DNA of 64,000 nucleotides from positions 1 through 64,000 of the forward strand of contig JASTWF010000366.1 of the NCBI GenBank assembly GCA_030390025.1. Direction: 5' to 3'. Below are positions 36,301-49,823 of the stretch, piece after piece. Both the position numbers and the translations under genes were made by a program. This stretch comes from Squalus acanthias. Lineage: Eukaryota. Position 1 is the first letter of the stretch; each line of letters starts with the position of its first letter. The notes beneath the pieces are model-generated. The model did no database searches. It had not been told where the DNA came from and saw only the letters and a list, made by a program, of their open reading frames with translations.

Positions 36301-38869
36301 GCTTAGACAACCTTGATGCTGAATTTTTGGTTCTGTTTTGGAAGTGCGTGATATAGAAATAATCTTCCCATCTTAACAGTCACATCTTTGTAAAAATGCT
36401 AAAGAATTGGAATAAACCATCTTTGAAGCGTTATTAACCTCTGTCCTATTAATATAAATGACATATTTTTCAAACATTGAAATCCTGGCCTTGAAGAAAA
36501 AACAAGAGGCAGGTTCAGGTTTACTTAGAAGTGAAACAACTGAGCAAAGAATTACCCCCCCAAAAAAATTCCAGACCAAATACACCTTGGATCGTGGACA
36601 AACATTTGCCCATCAAATTGACCTGTTTGCTGAAGAAATTCACAGTGGAGATCTAGTTGGGTGATGAGAGTATGGGGAGGGGAACTATTTGTCAGCCATT
36701 GGGTTGCTCAGAGGGCCCAAGGTGGAGATGGCTTTCATCACTGTCTGGTGCTGAGACTTACCCACACGTTGAACTTAGGAGGAGATACAGCTGGCTGTAC
36801 ACAAATCATAAAAATGATGAGGGAAGTAGGACATTGGTGTAAAGAAAATAGAAAAAGGACACAGCAAAGCACCAGAGGCAGAAGTCTGGCCTTGAGAAAC
36901 TATAAACTACCAATGCTGGAAGCTGGACAACATTATAAATCAGCTTGACTTTGAGAGAACTCACAATGATAAAAAAAAAAGCTTCTTTTTGCACATTTCT
37001 GGAAATATCATTTGCTTGTGATTTTTTTGATGGTTTCATTAGCTAAACGTTAAGACCTGCAAGGTAGGAGAAATCGGTAATAATTTGAATAAAGGAAGGT
37101 TAGAGAAAGACAGCATTTTACCAATAGTTCCACAGGAATTGCCTCAAAGTTGAGTGCACATATATTTCTTGTTTCCGTGTGTACGTGAAGGTATTAAAGC
37201 TCCAACATCAAAAAGAGAGACAGATGTGCACACAGTCCGGTTTTCATCCGCTGGCTTGTTTTCCATTCCGGCAGCCCTGTCTCCCTCTCTCTGTCTCTCA
37301 GATGAATGTGTGGATTCTACACTTAGTTTGTCTGAACTCCTTCCAGGTCGGGGGAGCAGCTGTGACTACATTGTACTAATATTACCTTACTCCAAGCACA
37401 CTGGGTGCCAAAGGTCACATTCATGTGACATTCTTCATCATTGGCTACTAGTTGTCAAAACCCTTTTCTTGCTCTGTACTCTGACTTAAAAAGAGTCCAG
37501 CGCTATTAGGCAGTAAACTGAAGTGAGTTATTGCAAGCTGTTCCAGTTTAGTATGGATACCTCTCACCATTTAATATGTGTCTAGCCATTTATGTTGCTT
37601 CAACAATGCACAAGCTACTTTAACGTTGAATCAATATTTTCTAAGTATTTTTCCCTATAATTTTCTCTAACCACCCCTAAAGGTATTGACTTTTGCTGGC
37701 ACACAGTTCCATGGGCACTGGCAGCCCTCCAGTGCTCTACCCAAGTGGCTATCCTTCATATTCAGTCAGAGTCATAGTAATAGACAATCAGTATTGACAA
37801 GCTATTCCACCACACAGGCATCACAGTCAAGAATACACTGTCTTCACCTGTCGTCAACATGCACTTTTCTGGATGGTACTCATCAGCAGGAACCCTGCCT
37901 GATTTGACTATCCTAGTACTGCAGCCAATTATCGCGCCCCTACTACTGCCTTGAAATCAACTAGCAGTACAGACATAGGGTGAGGTCAGGATTAGGTTCA
38001 GCGCCATGTCCTCCATGGACAAAAAGTCTACCGATACTCACTATCTAGGAACATAGAAACAGAAATAGGCCATTCAACCCCTCAAGCATGCTCCGACATT
38101 CAATTAGATCCTGCCTGATCTGTACCTACCCTTGCCTTGCTTCCGTCACCTTTAATATCCGTCCCTAACAAAAACTCTAGGCTTATACATGGCCATATGG
38201 GTGCATACGAACATTTGAAAAACATGGCAGGAAAAGACCATCAAGCCTGTCCCACACTCATGATGGCTGGGGCATCATGACTAGATACTTCCCACCTTCC
38301 TTATAGCCATGTAAAATCCTGGAAGAGGCAAAAAACCCAGGAACAATAAGGGAAAACTACTCTGAAAAATTCCTCTCTCACTCCCTCAGGCAATCAAAAC
38401 CAGCCCAGGGGATCACAGGGACCATGTGTAAGGTACCAGAAGGCAGCCAGCCCCTGTGGAGCCATAGGCCAATGGCCGGAGCTTTCTGGAGTGGGGGTGG
38501 GGGTGGGGGGGGGGGAATTCAAAAAACACTCTGCAGCATGACATCATTGCTTCTGTAGAGTGTGCTGCATTTTAGGCTGCTTGATGTCTCCAGTGCTGGC
38601 CTGTGTGCCATAGCTGAGCCACAGAATAATCCCTAGGATTTTGACTCAAAGGAGCATTTAGAAAGAAGAATGGAGAAAGGTCATCGGGCCCATCAAGCCT
38701 GCCCCATGCAGAAAACGGTGCATCCACAGACACCAGTTACCCACCCTTTAACCACACAACCTCCTGGAAGAAGAAAAAACCAGGAAAAAACCTACAGCAA
38801 AGATTATATGATGAGTGGGATTGAACCCAGAGGCAAGAGTGCTGCCACTGACCGAAGCTGATACTTAGG

Positions 38870-41258
38870 ATATTCTGGGTGGGGGACTTCAATGTCCATC
38901 ACCAAGAGTGGCTCAGTAGCACTACTACTGACCGAGCTGGCCGAGTCCTGAAGGACATAACTGCCAGTATGGGCCTGCGACAGGTGGTGAGAGAACCAAC
39001 ACGAGGGAAAAACCTACTTGACCTCATCCTCACCAATCTACGTGTCGCAGATGCATCTGCCCATGACAGTACTGGTAGCAGTGACCACCGCACATTCATT
39101 GTGGAGACGAAGTCCCGTCTTTATACTGAGGACACCCTCCATCATGTTGTGTGGCGCTACCACAGTACTAAATGGGATAGATTCAGAACAGATCTAGCAG
39201 CTCAAAACTGGGCATCCATGAGGCACTGTGGGCCATCAGCAGCAGCAGAATTGTATTCCACCACAATCTGTAACCTCATGGCCCGGCATATCCCTCACTT
39301 TACCATTACCATCAAGCCAGGGGACCAACCCTGGTTCAATAAGGAGTGTAGTAGAACATGCCAGGAGCAACACAAGGCGTATCTAAAAATGAGGTGCCAA
39401 CCTGGGGAAGCTGCAACACAGGAATACATGCATGGTAAAAAGCGGAAGCAGCATGCTATAGACAGGGCTAAGCGATCCAACAATCAACGGATCAGATCAA
39501 AGCTCTGCAGTCCTGCCACATCCAGTCGTGAATGGTGGCGGACCATTAAACAACTAACGGGAGGAGGAGGCTCCATGAATATCCCCATCCTCAATGATGG
39601 TGGAGCCCAGCACGTGAATGCAAAAAACAAGGCTGAAGCATTTGCAACCATCTTCAGCCAGAAGTGCCGAGGGGTGATCCATATCGGCCTACTCCTGAGG
39701 TCCCCACCATCACAGAAACCAATCTTCAGCCAATTCGATTCACTCCATGTGATATCAAGAAACGGCTGAGTGCACTGGATACAGCAAAGGCTATGGGCCC
39801 CGACAACATGCCAGCTATCGTGCTGAAGACTTGTGCTCCAGAACTAGCCGCGCCTCTGGCCAAACTGTTCCAGTACAGCTACAACATTGGCATCTATCCA
39901 ACAGTGTGGAAAACTGCCCAGGTATGTCCTGTCCACAAAAAGCAGGACAAATCCAACCCTGTCAATTACCGTCCCATCAGTCTACTCTCAATCATCAGCA
40001 AAGTGATGGAAGGTGTAATCGACAGTGCTATCAAGCGGTACTTACTCACCAAAAACCTGCTCACTAATGCCCAGTTTGGGTTCCGCCAGGACCACTCGGC
40101 TCCCAACCTCATTACAGCCTTGGTCCAAACATGGACAAAGGAGCTGAATTCCAGAGGTGAGGTGAGAGTGACTGCCCTTTACCTCAAGGCAGCATTTGAC
40201 CGAGTGTGGCATCTAGGAGCCCTAGTAAAACTGAATTCAATGGGAATCGGGGGGAAAATGCTGCACTGGCTGGAGTCATACCTAGGCCCAACCATCTTCA
40301 ACTGCTTCATCAATGACCTTCCCTCCAACATAAAGTCAGAAATGGGGATGTTCGCTGATGACTGCACAGTGTTCAGCACCATTCACAGCTCCTCAGATAA
40401 TGAAGCAGTCCATGCCCGCATGCAACAAGACCTGGGCGACGTTCAGGCTTGGGCTGATAAGTGGCAGGTAACATTTGTGTCACACAAGTGCCAGGCAATG
40501 ACTATCTCCAACAAGCGAGCGTCTAACCACCTCCCCTTGACATTTAACGGCATTACCATCGCCGAATCCCCCAACATCAACATCCTGGGGGTCACCATTG
40601 ACCAGAAACTTAACTGGACCAGCCACATAAATACTGTGGCAACAAGAGCAGGTCAGAGGCGAGGTATTCTGTGGCAAGTGTCTCACCTCCTGACTCCCCA
40701 AAGCCTTTCCACCATCTACAGGGCACAAGTAAGGAGTGTAATGGAATACTCTCCACTTGCCTGGATCAGTGCAGCTCCAACAACACTCAAGAAGCTCGAC
40801 ACCATCCAAGACAAAGCAGCCCACTTGATTGGCACCCCATCCACCACCTTAAACATTCACTCCCTCCACCACTGGCATACCATGGCTGCAGTGTGTACCA
40901 TCTACAAGATGCACTGCAGCAACTCGCCAAGGCTTCTTCAGCAGCACCTCCCAAACCCGTGACCTCTTCCACCTAGAAGGACAAGGGCAGCAGGTGCATG
41001 GGAACACCACCACCTCCAAGTTCCCCTCCAAGTCACATACCATCCTGACTTGGAAGTATATCGCTGATCCTTCATCGTCGCAGGGTCAAAATCCTGGAAC
41101 TCCCTACCTAACAGCACTGTGGGAGTACCATCACCACATGGACTGCAGCGGTTCAAGAAGGCGGCTCAGCACCACCTTCTCAAGGGCAATTAGGGATGGG
41201 CAATAAATGCTGGCCTTGCCAGCGACGCCCACATCCCATAAACGAATTTTTAAAAAAA
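38870..41258 (+). mobile_element. EN-RT LINE (CR1/L2-group-like), 5'-truncated, frameshifted
   Basis: GDFNVHH, PTRGKNLLDLIL and SSDH (APE endonuclease); KAMGPD, YRPISLLS, QFGFR, KAAFDRVWH and FADD (RT); AATAAA and A-tail. Confidence 0.95.
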
Positions 41259-41619
41259 TGTTTTTTACGCATGCCCTCTGGTTCTACCAGCCCTATCTAT
41301 CTCAGATAAGCAATCCAACCAGACTGAATCCGATCCCTTCATCATATCCACGCTAACCTGAGTTTCTTTAAAGTAAATAGAAGAGGTTTTCTTCTCATTG
41401 AGTAGCGGGTAAACATTGGGGACTGGAAATTTGTAAAATTCTTTTGCTCTCGATTCACACAAACACGAGTGAGTGATGACAGCTGTGACACAAATGGTCC
41501 GGTTTGCATCAATACCATTCCCTGATGTGTATTCTGTTTGTACCAAGCATTAAACTCAGAATACTTTTTGCGTTTAGAACACTTGTTACAGTACAGATGA
41601 GTTGCTATCAAATTCTTTG

Positions 41620-42031
41620 AAACTGAAATTCCTGCGTCTGGACAGGATGTAAGTCCCTTTTCTGCCCGGGGGGAGGGGCGCGGAATATGGGCCAGAGCCT
41701 GGTGTTGCCGGGATTTCACCCGTATAATCAGACCTTTAAATTCCGGTCTGGGGCTGTGGTGTGAGTGAATCTACCACCTTTCCCTTAGGCGGCTTACATA
41801 TGCAAAGGAGGGGCCTAACGACTGTTTTAGGCAAACAGCCTGAAATTCCTCTTTTTTAAATGCGGGAGCTGCCTGTGGAGGCGCAACAGGCTCCGGCAAC
41901 TCGCCCAAAAAATGTTATTGAGTCCCGAGGCCCAATTTCAGCCTGGCCTTGAGCCTCCCGGTTGGGGTGTGTGCTCCATGCGCAAGCACCCATTTCAGGA
42001 CCAAAAACGAGCCTAAAGGAAATTCCACCCC
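41620..42031. mobile_element. Probable Harbinger-type MITE remnant
   Basis: GC-rich segment ending in AAATTCCACCCC, similar to other Harbinger TIRs here; left end unclear. Confidence 0.35.
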
Positions 42032-42149
42032 AAAGAATAAAAAGCAAGGAGTGATACTAGCCATGAGCTTGGGCGAGGCAATAGACGGAAGGCATGGGAA
42101 CAGACAAAAGAAAAAAAAAAGAAAGAACACACAAAAAGAACAAAATTCA

Positions 42150-45100
42150 CATTTTTTCTGTTCTTGGGATACAGGTGACCTGGCAAGGCCACTCTTATTG
42201 CCCATCCCTAGTTGCCCTGAAAAGGTGGTGGTGGGCCTTCTCCTTAAACCATTGCAGTCCTTAGGGTGTTTCCACAATAGTATTAGATAAGGAATTCCAG
42301 AATATTGACCCAGCCAGGAAAAAAGAACAATGATATATGCCCAAGTCAGGATAGTGCGTAACCTGAGCGAAATTTGGAGGGGTAATGTTCCCAGAACAAT
42401 GTTGCTCTTAGTCTTCTTGATGGTAAAGGAGTTGGAGAGAGGTGCGCTTAAAGTAACCTTGTGAATTGTTGCAGTGCATCATGCAGATCATACATACTGC
42501 AACCACCGTGCTCCAGTGGTGGATACTGAGTTCACTGTAGGGGTGCTAATCAAGTAAACTGCTCTGTCTTGAATGGTTTCAAGCTTCTTGAGTGTTGTTA
42601 CAGCTGTACCCATCCAGGAGAATAATGAGTATTCCATCACACTCCTGACTTGAGGCTTGTAGATGGTGGACAGGCTTTGAGGGGTCAAGAGTTGTATCAC
42701 CCTACACAGAGCACACAGGCTCTGCTCTGCTCTTGTAGCCATGGTGTTGATATGGCTGGTCCAGTTAAGCTTCTGGTTGCTGGTGACCCCATGATGTTGA
42801 TAGTAGGGGACTCGGCCATAGTAGATGCTGTTGAAGATCAGGGGGAGATGGATGGGCTTTCTCTTGTTTCAGATGGTCATTGAGTGGCAGGTATGTTATC
42901 TGCCACTTGTCATCCCAAGCCTGGATGTTCTCTAGCTCTTCCTGTAGGCTGACATGTGCAGCTTCATTATTGGAGTAGTTGTGAATGGAACTGAACACTG
43001 TGGAATCATCAGCTGAACTTAGAACAGAGGCAAGGTCATTGATGGAGAAGCTGAAGATGGTTGTTTATTTTTATTCATTCCTGAGATGTGGGCGTCACTG
43101 GCAAGGCCAGCATTTATTGCCCATCCCTAATTGCCCTTGAGAAGGTGGTGGTGAGCCGCCTTCTTAAACCGCTGCAGTCCTTGTGGTTAAGGTACTCCCA
43201 ACAGTGCTGTTAGGGAGGGAGTTCCAAGGTTTTGACCCTGCGATGATGAAGGAACGGCAATATATTTCCAAGTCAGGATGGTTTGTAACTTGGAGCGGAA
43301 CTTGCAGGTGGTGGTGTTCCCATGCGTCTGCTGCCCTTGTCCTTCTATGTGGTAGAGGTCACGGGTTTGGGAGGTACTGCCAATGAAGCATTGGCGAGTT
43401 GCTGCAGTGCATCTTGTAGATAGTACACACTGCAGCCACGGTGCGCCGGTGGTGGAAGGAGTGAATGTTTAAGGTGGTGGATGGGGTGCCAATCAAGCAG
43501 GCTGCTTTGTCCGGGATGGTGGGTCAAGCTTCTTGAGTGTTGTTGGAGCTGCACTCATCCAGGCAAGTGGAGAGTATTCCATCACACTCCTGACTTGTGC
43601 CTTGTAGATGGTGGAAAGGCTTTGGGGAGTCAGGAGATGAGACACTCGCTGCAGAATACCCAGCCTCTGACCTGATCCTGTGGCCACAGTATTTATGTGG
43701 CTGGTCCAGTTAAGTTTCTGGTCAATGGTGACCCCCAGGATATTGATGGTGGGGGATTCGGCGATGGTAATGTTGTTGAATGTCAAGGGGCAGTGGTTAG
43801 ACTCTCTCTTGTGGAGATAGTCATTGCCTGCCACTTTTGTGGCACGAATGTTACCTGCCACTTATCACCTAAGCCTGAATGTCATCCAGGTCTTGCTGCA
43901 TTCGGGCATGGACTGCTTCATTATCTGAGGAGTTGTGAATGGAACTGAACACTGTGCAGTCATCAGCAAACATCCCCACTTCTGAACTTACGATGGAGGG
44001 AAGGTCATTGATGAAGCAGCTGAAGATGGTTGGGCCGAGGACACTGCCCTGAGGAACTCCTGTAGCGATGTCCTGGGGCTGTGGTGATTGACCTCCAACA
44101 ACGACAACTATCTTCCTTTGTGCTAGGTATGACTCCAGCCAGTGGAGAGTTTTCCCCCCGATTGCCATTGACTTCAGTTTTACTAGGGCTCCTTGATGTC
44201 ACACTCGGTCAAATGCTGCCTTGATGTCAAGGGCAGTCACTCTCACCTCACCTCTGGAATTCAGCTCTTTTGTCCATGTTTGGACCAAGGCTGTAATGAG
44301 GTCTGGAGCCGAGTGGTCCTGGCGGTGAGCAGGTTATTGGTGAGTAAGTGCCGTTTGATAGCACTGTCGATGACACCTTCCATCAATTTGCTGATGATTA
44401 AGAGTAGACTGATGGGGCGGTAATTGGCCGGATTGGATTTGTCCTGTTTTTTCTGGACAGGACATACCTGGGCAGTTTTCCACATTGTCGGATAGATGCC
44501 AGTGTTGTAGCTGTACTGGAACAGCTTGGACGGAGGTGCAGCTAGTTCTGGAGCACAAGTCTTCAGCACGACAGCCGGGATGTTGTCGGGGCCTTTGCTG
44601 AATTTAGTGCACTCAACCATTTCTTGATATCACGTGGAGTGAATCGAATTGGCTGAAGACTGGCTTCTGTGATGGTGGGGACCTCAGGAGTAGGCCGATA
44701 TGGATCATACACTCGGCACTTCTGGCTGAAGATGGTTGCAAACGCTTCAGCCTTCTCTTTTGCATTCACATGCTGGGCTCCACCATCATTGAGGATGGGG
44801 ATATTCATGGAGCCTCCTCCTCCCGTTAGTTGTTTAATTGTCCACTACCACTTACGACTGCAGAGCTTTGATCTGATCCGTTGATTGTGGGATCGCTTAG
44901 CTCTGTCTATAGCATGCTGCTTTTGCTGTTTACCATGCATGTAGTCCTGTGTTGCAGCTTCCCCAGGTTGGCACCTCATTTTTAGGTACGCCTGATGCTG
45001 TTCCTGGCATGCTCTTCTACACTCCTCATTGAACCAGGGTTGGTCCCCTGGCATGATGGTAATGGTAGAGTGAGGAATATGCCGGGCCATGAGTTCACAG

Positions 45101-46620
45101 ATTGTGGTGGAATATAATTCTGCTGCTGCTGATGGCCCACAGCGCCTCATGGATGCCCAGTTTTGAGCCGCTAGATGTGTTCTGAATTTTTCCCATTTAG
45201 CACGGTGGTAGTGTCACACAACACGATGGAGGGAGTTCTCAGTGTGAAGATGGGATTTTGTCTCCACAAGGATTGTACGGTAGTCACTGCTACCAATGCT
45301 GTCATGGACAGATGCATCTGCAACAGGTTGATTGGTGAGGACAAGGTCAAGTAGGTTTTTCCCTCGTGTTGGTTCTCTCACCACCTGCCGCAGGCCCAGT
45401 CTGGCAGCTATATCCTTCAGGACTCAGCCAGCTCGGTCAGTAGTGGTGCTACCGAGCCACTCTTGGTGATAGACATTGAAGTCCCCACCCAGAGTATATT
45501 CTGTGCCCTTGCTTCCCTCAGTGCTTCTTTGAAGTTGTGTTCAACATGGAGGAGTACTGAATCGTCAGCTGAGGGAGGGCAGTAGCTGGTAATCAGCAGG
45601 AGGTTTCCTTGCCCATGCTTGACTTGGAGCCATGTGACGTCATGGGGTCCGGAGTCAATGTTGAGGACTCCCAGGGCCACTCCCTCCACCTCTAGTGGGT
45701 CTGTCCTGCCGATGGGACAGTACATACCCAGGGATGGTGATGGAGGAATCTGAGACATTGGCTGGAAGGTATGATTCTGTGAGTATGACTATGTCAAGCT
45801 GTTGCTTGACTTGTCTGTGGGACAGCTCTCCAAATTTTGGCACAAGTCCCCAGATGTTAGTGAGGAGAGTCGACTGGACTGGGTGTGCTGTTGTCGTATC
45901 CGAAGCCGGTGCTGAGGTCAATGCTGGGTGGTCCATCCGGTTTTATTCTTCTTATTTTTTCGTAGCAGTTTGTTACAACTGAGTAGCTTGCTAGGCCATT
46001 TCAGAGGGCAGTTAAGAGTCAACCACATTGCTGTGGGGTCTGGAGTCACATATAGGCCAGACCAGGTAAGGACGGCAGATTTCCTTCCCTAAAGGACATT
46101 AGTGAATCAGATGGGTTTTTACGACAATCCGATAGTTTCATGGTCACCATTACTGATACTAGCTTTTTATTGCAGATTTATTTAATTAACTGAATTTAAA
46201 TTCCCCAGCTGCCGTGGTGGGATTTGAACTCACGTTTCCCAGATTATTAGTCCAGGCCTCTGGATTACTAGTCGAGTAACATAACCACTATGCCACCGTT
46301 CCCATGATTAGGTTGTGATGAGGATCCTTCCCATAGAAACTGCTGCAGCGAAGTCCTGGGGCTGTGATGATTGATCTTTGATAATGAAAACCATCTTATT
46401 TTGTGTCAGGTATGACTCTAACCACTGGAGAGTTTTCCCTTTGATTCCCATTGACCTCAGTTTTGCTACAGCCCCTTGGGATATACTCAGTCAAATGTCT
46501 TGATGTTGAAAGCAGCTACTCTCACCTCTTCTCTGGCATTCAGCTCTTGCGTTGATTTCTGGATCAAGACTGTGATGAGGCCTGAAGCCGAACCTGCGGT
46601 ACCAGAACTGAGCATGATTC
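42150..46620 (-). mobile_element. Old LINE copy (42150-43062 and 46311-46620) split by a younger full-length copy
   Basis: Diverged RT sequence resumes colinearly after the insert; GGTTG is duplicated at the junctions. Confidence 0.7.
43063..46303 (-). mobile_element. Full-length (~3.2 kb) EN-RT LINE with tRNA-derived 5' head, decayed ORF
   Basis: 5' GGTGGCATAGTGG..GAGTTCAAATCC; DIVILTES and GVPQGSVLGP..FINDL..FADD; 3' UTR and A-rich tail. Confidence 0.92.
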
Positions 46621-47426
46621 CAGCACGTCATGCTCTGTGCACCAGGACCATCACAACCTGAGCTATATGAGCTGGCTTGCTCTGCTTGGGCTGCATTATT
46701 GACTCCCACACCCCTTAATACATGTACTTCCCAAGTAAATATCTATCTCCTTCTTCCTCATCTGAGTTGACTTTGCATAAAGTCAAACTACTTTTAACAA
46801 AACCATGCTGATTCACCCTAATTAGTTTATATCTTTCCAGGTGCTCATTTACTCTAGTTATTTTGAATAGCCTTCTGAGGTAGTGTGCTTCACATTCTCA
46901 CAACTCTTCACATGAAGAGAGATTTTCCTGGATTAACTTTTAACTGGCTTTACTTGAGTTTGAAGAAAATGTTCCCTTGTTCTGAATTGCACTAATAAAA
47001 GGAACCGTATCAAATGCCTTCTGAAAATCCATGTATGTGACAACCACTATTTCTCCTTGATCCACCACTTCAGTCTCTCTGTCAAAAAACTCTATTAGGT
47101 TAGATAGACAAGGGACGAGTAATTCCTTGTCTACCCTGTCAATTAGTTTCATTATTTTAAACACTTCAGTCAGATCACCCCTTACCTTCCACATCCCAAG
47201 TATCATCTTGCTGTATTGTCACTGAAGCTACTCTAAGGCCAGTCTATTCTTCCTAAACTGAGGCTCCCAAACCTGAACACAATATACCAAGTGAGGTCCC
47301 ACCAATGCTCTGTATAATTATAGAAATACTTCCTTGCTTTTATATTTTAAACTTCTTGTGATGAAGCCCAGTATTCTAGTAGCCTTTCCAATCATTTTTA
47401 CACCTCTGAACTAGCTTTTAGTACTT

Positions 47427-48182
47427 ATACCTCCCCTCTTCCCACTGTCCAGGGCCCCAAACACCCCTTCCAGGTGAAACAGCGATTTACTTGTACTTCC
47501 TGCAATTTAGTATACTGTATTCGCTGCTCACGATGTGGACTCCTCTACATTGGGGAGACCAAACGCAGATTGGGTGACCGCTTTGCGGAACACCTCCGTT
47601 CAGTCCGTAAGGGGGACCCCGAGCTCCCGGTGGCCTGTCACTTTAATTCACCGCTTCACTCCCACTCTGACCTCACCGTCCTCGGCCTATTACACTGTTC
47701 CACGGAAGCTCAGCGTAAGCTCGAGGAACAGCACCTCATCTTTCGTTTAGGCACGCTACAGCCCTCTGGACTCAATATCGAGTTCAACAATTTTAGATCA
47801 TAACCTCAGCTCCAATCACATTTATATTTTATTTTATCCACCCTTTTATTTGTCCCCCCCCACCTTTTTTTTTCCTCCTAGAAGCTGGCAGCTGTCCTTC
47901 ATTCTGCCAGTGGATTTCACACTTCATTCAGCCTTAATCTGTCACATTAACACCACCTCTAGCCTTGCATATCTCTTAATGTCTCTTAATGTCTCTTCAT
48001 CTCCCCCTTTGTTCCTTTATCCCCTCCCCCTTTTCCCAGCTTTACCCTGGCCTTAAATCTATTTGATTTCCGGCTCTTCCCAGTTCTGATGAAAGGTCAT
48101 CGACCTGAAACGTTAACTCTCTTTCTCTCTCCACGGATGCTGCCTGGCCTGCTGAGTTTTTCCAGCGTTTTCTGTTGTTATT
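47427..48182 (+). mobile_element. 5'-truncated Penelope-like element (GIY-YIG and 3' tail with HHR)
   Basis: ORF 47474-47803 LVYCIRCSRCGLLYIGETKRRLGDRFAEH..GLNIEF; 15-bp direct repeat TAGCTTTTAGTACTT at 47412-47426 and 48183-48197. Confidence 0.92.
48082..48118 (+). ncRNA. Minimal type I hammerhead ribozyme motif (intact)
   Basis: AGTT-CTGATGA-A-AGGTC atc GACCT-GAAACGTT-AACT with all stems paired. Confidence 0.82.
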
Positions 48183-49823
48183 TAGCTTTTAGTACTTTTG
48201 TACCTGGACCTTCTTTGTTCATCCACCACCCCCCAAAGCACGTCCCCATTCAGATTATACTCCTATTCGCCATTCTTACATACAAAATGTACTCCCTCTT
48301 GCTTTGTTACTTAAAACTGCATCTGCCATTATTCTTTCCACTTCCTTAAACCATCAGTGTCCTTTTGTAATTTTCCACTCCGTTCACAACTCACTCTATC
48401 TCCGAGCTTAGTACGATTTGCAAACTTAGATATATTCCCCTCTATTCCCAAGTTCAGATAATTGATATATACTAAAATGCCAGGGCTCAGCACCATGTCC
48501 CTTTTATGCCAACTTTCTGCTCCCAATCTCTCAGCAGGTTTTATCCATACCACAGGGCTATCTCCAATTCCATTCATTTCAATGTAAGCTAGCAAGTTCT
48601 TGTGTGTAATCTTATCAAATGCCTTCTGAAAATCCATGTATATGACTCTGTGGATTCTAGTAATTTCCCTCTAACTGATATTAAATTCATTGGTCTGTAG
48701 TTAATTGGTTTGTCCTATCCTCCCTTTTTGAATAAAAATGTAATGTTTGCTACTTTCTAGTGAGTATTGGAAGATTATAACTAATTCAGCCCAAATTTCC
48801 TTGCCTACTTATTTTAATCTCATGGGTTGAAACCATCTGGGTCTGAAAGTTTGCCCAATTTAAATTTAATGATGTTATCCATTTCAATTTTTCTCTTCAT
48901 ATTCATTTCTCCCCTTCTCTAATCTCTTGTCCTTTCCCTAACTCGAGTATTATGTCCTCCTTTTCCACTGTGAGGACATAGGCAAAATATTATTTAGCTG
49001 TTCTCTCATGTTCATAACCTCTACCATTGCTATACCTAAATCTGTTTTAATGGACCCACCTACTCCTTTGCCAAGGCTTTTTTTTGCTGTGCTCATAAAA
49101 ACCTATTACCTTTGATACTATCTTCATTTCTTTCCCCTTTTGCGATCATTATTTCTTGATCTCCATTTGTTGGTATCTATAATACTCCATTTCTCAATTT
49201 TGCCACAATTATCACCTTTATGTAAGCCTCCTTCTTTTGTTTAATATTGGTCCTACCCACTCTTACAGACCATGGTTGAATCACCCCAGAAATATCCCTG
49301 AGGTAATTACTTGCTCTATAGTGCACCAGTTACCTCCTTAAATAGATTCCACTTTTGGTCCATAGATTTACCAACCAATATTTTCTCTGACTCTATTCCA
49401 ACTGGTTCTTCTCTCATCCCCTTAAAGTTAGACTTACTTAAGTCCAAACCTTGGCTTCAATCCTGCTAGTGAATTCATTCATACAGGTATTATCGTCACA
49501 ATTCTCAAAATTCTCACTTACTACCAGATTGCTAACCACTTCTGGTTCACTACGCATAACTAAGTCAAGTATTATCTGTTCCCTTGTTAGGTTAAAGATT
49601 TGCTTCTGTCAGAACCTATCTTGAATGCAAACAATAAATCTATTCTCGTTCCTACTTGTGTTGCTATTTTTCTCCCAATCTACTTACAGATTGAAGTTTC
49701 CCATTATTACCAAAAAAAATTCTTGCAAGCCTCCCTGTACACATATTCCTCTGTTAAGTCACAGTCAGGAGATCTATTAAAAGCTCCAGTGTTTTGTAGC
49801 TCTTTCTGTTTCTTATCAATTTC

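Larger units (their letters stand above)
46700..49815 (-). mobile_element. Decayed CR1 LINE (host of a Penelope insertion)
   Basis: CLSNLIEFFD, YMDFQKAFD (twice), ISKFAN.TKLG and RGDLTEVFKIMK fragments. Confidence 0.75.

Noticed and set aside
46215..46303. Functional tRNA gene
   Set aside because: A and B boxes are present, but no convincing cloverleaf or terminator; it is the head of a LINE (same at 53350-53437).
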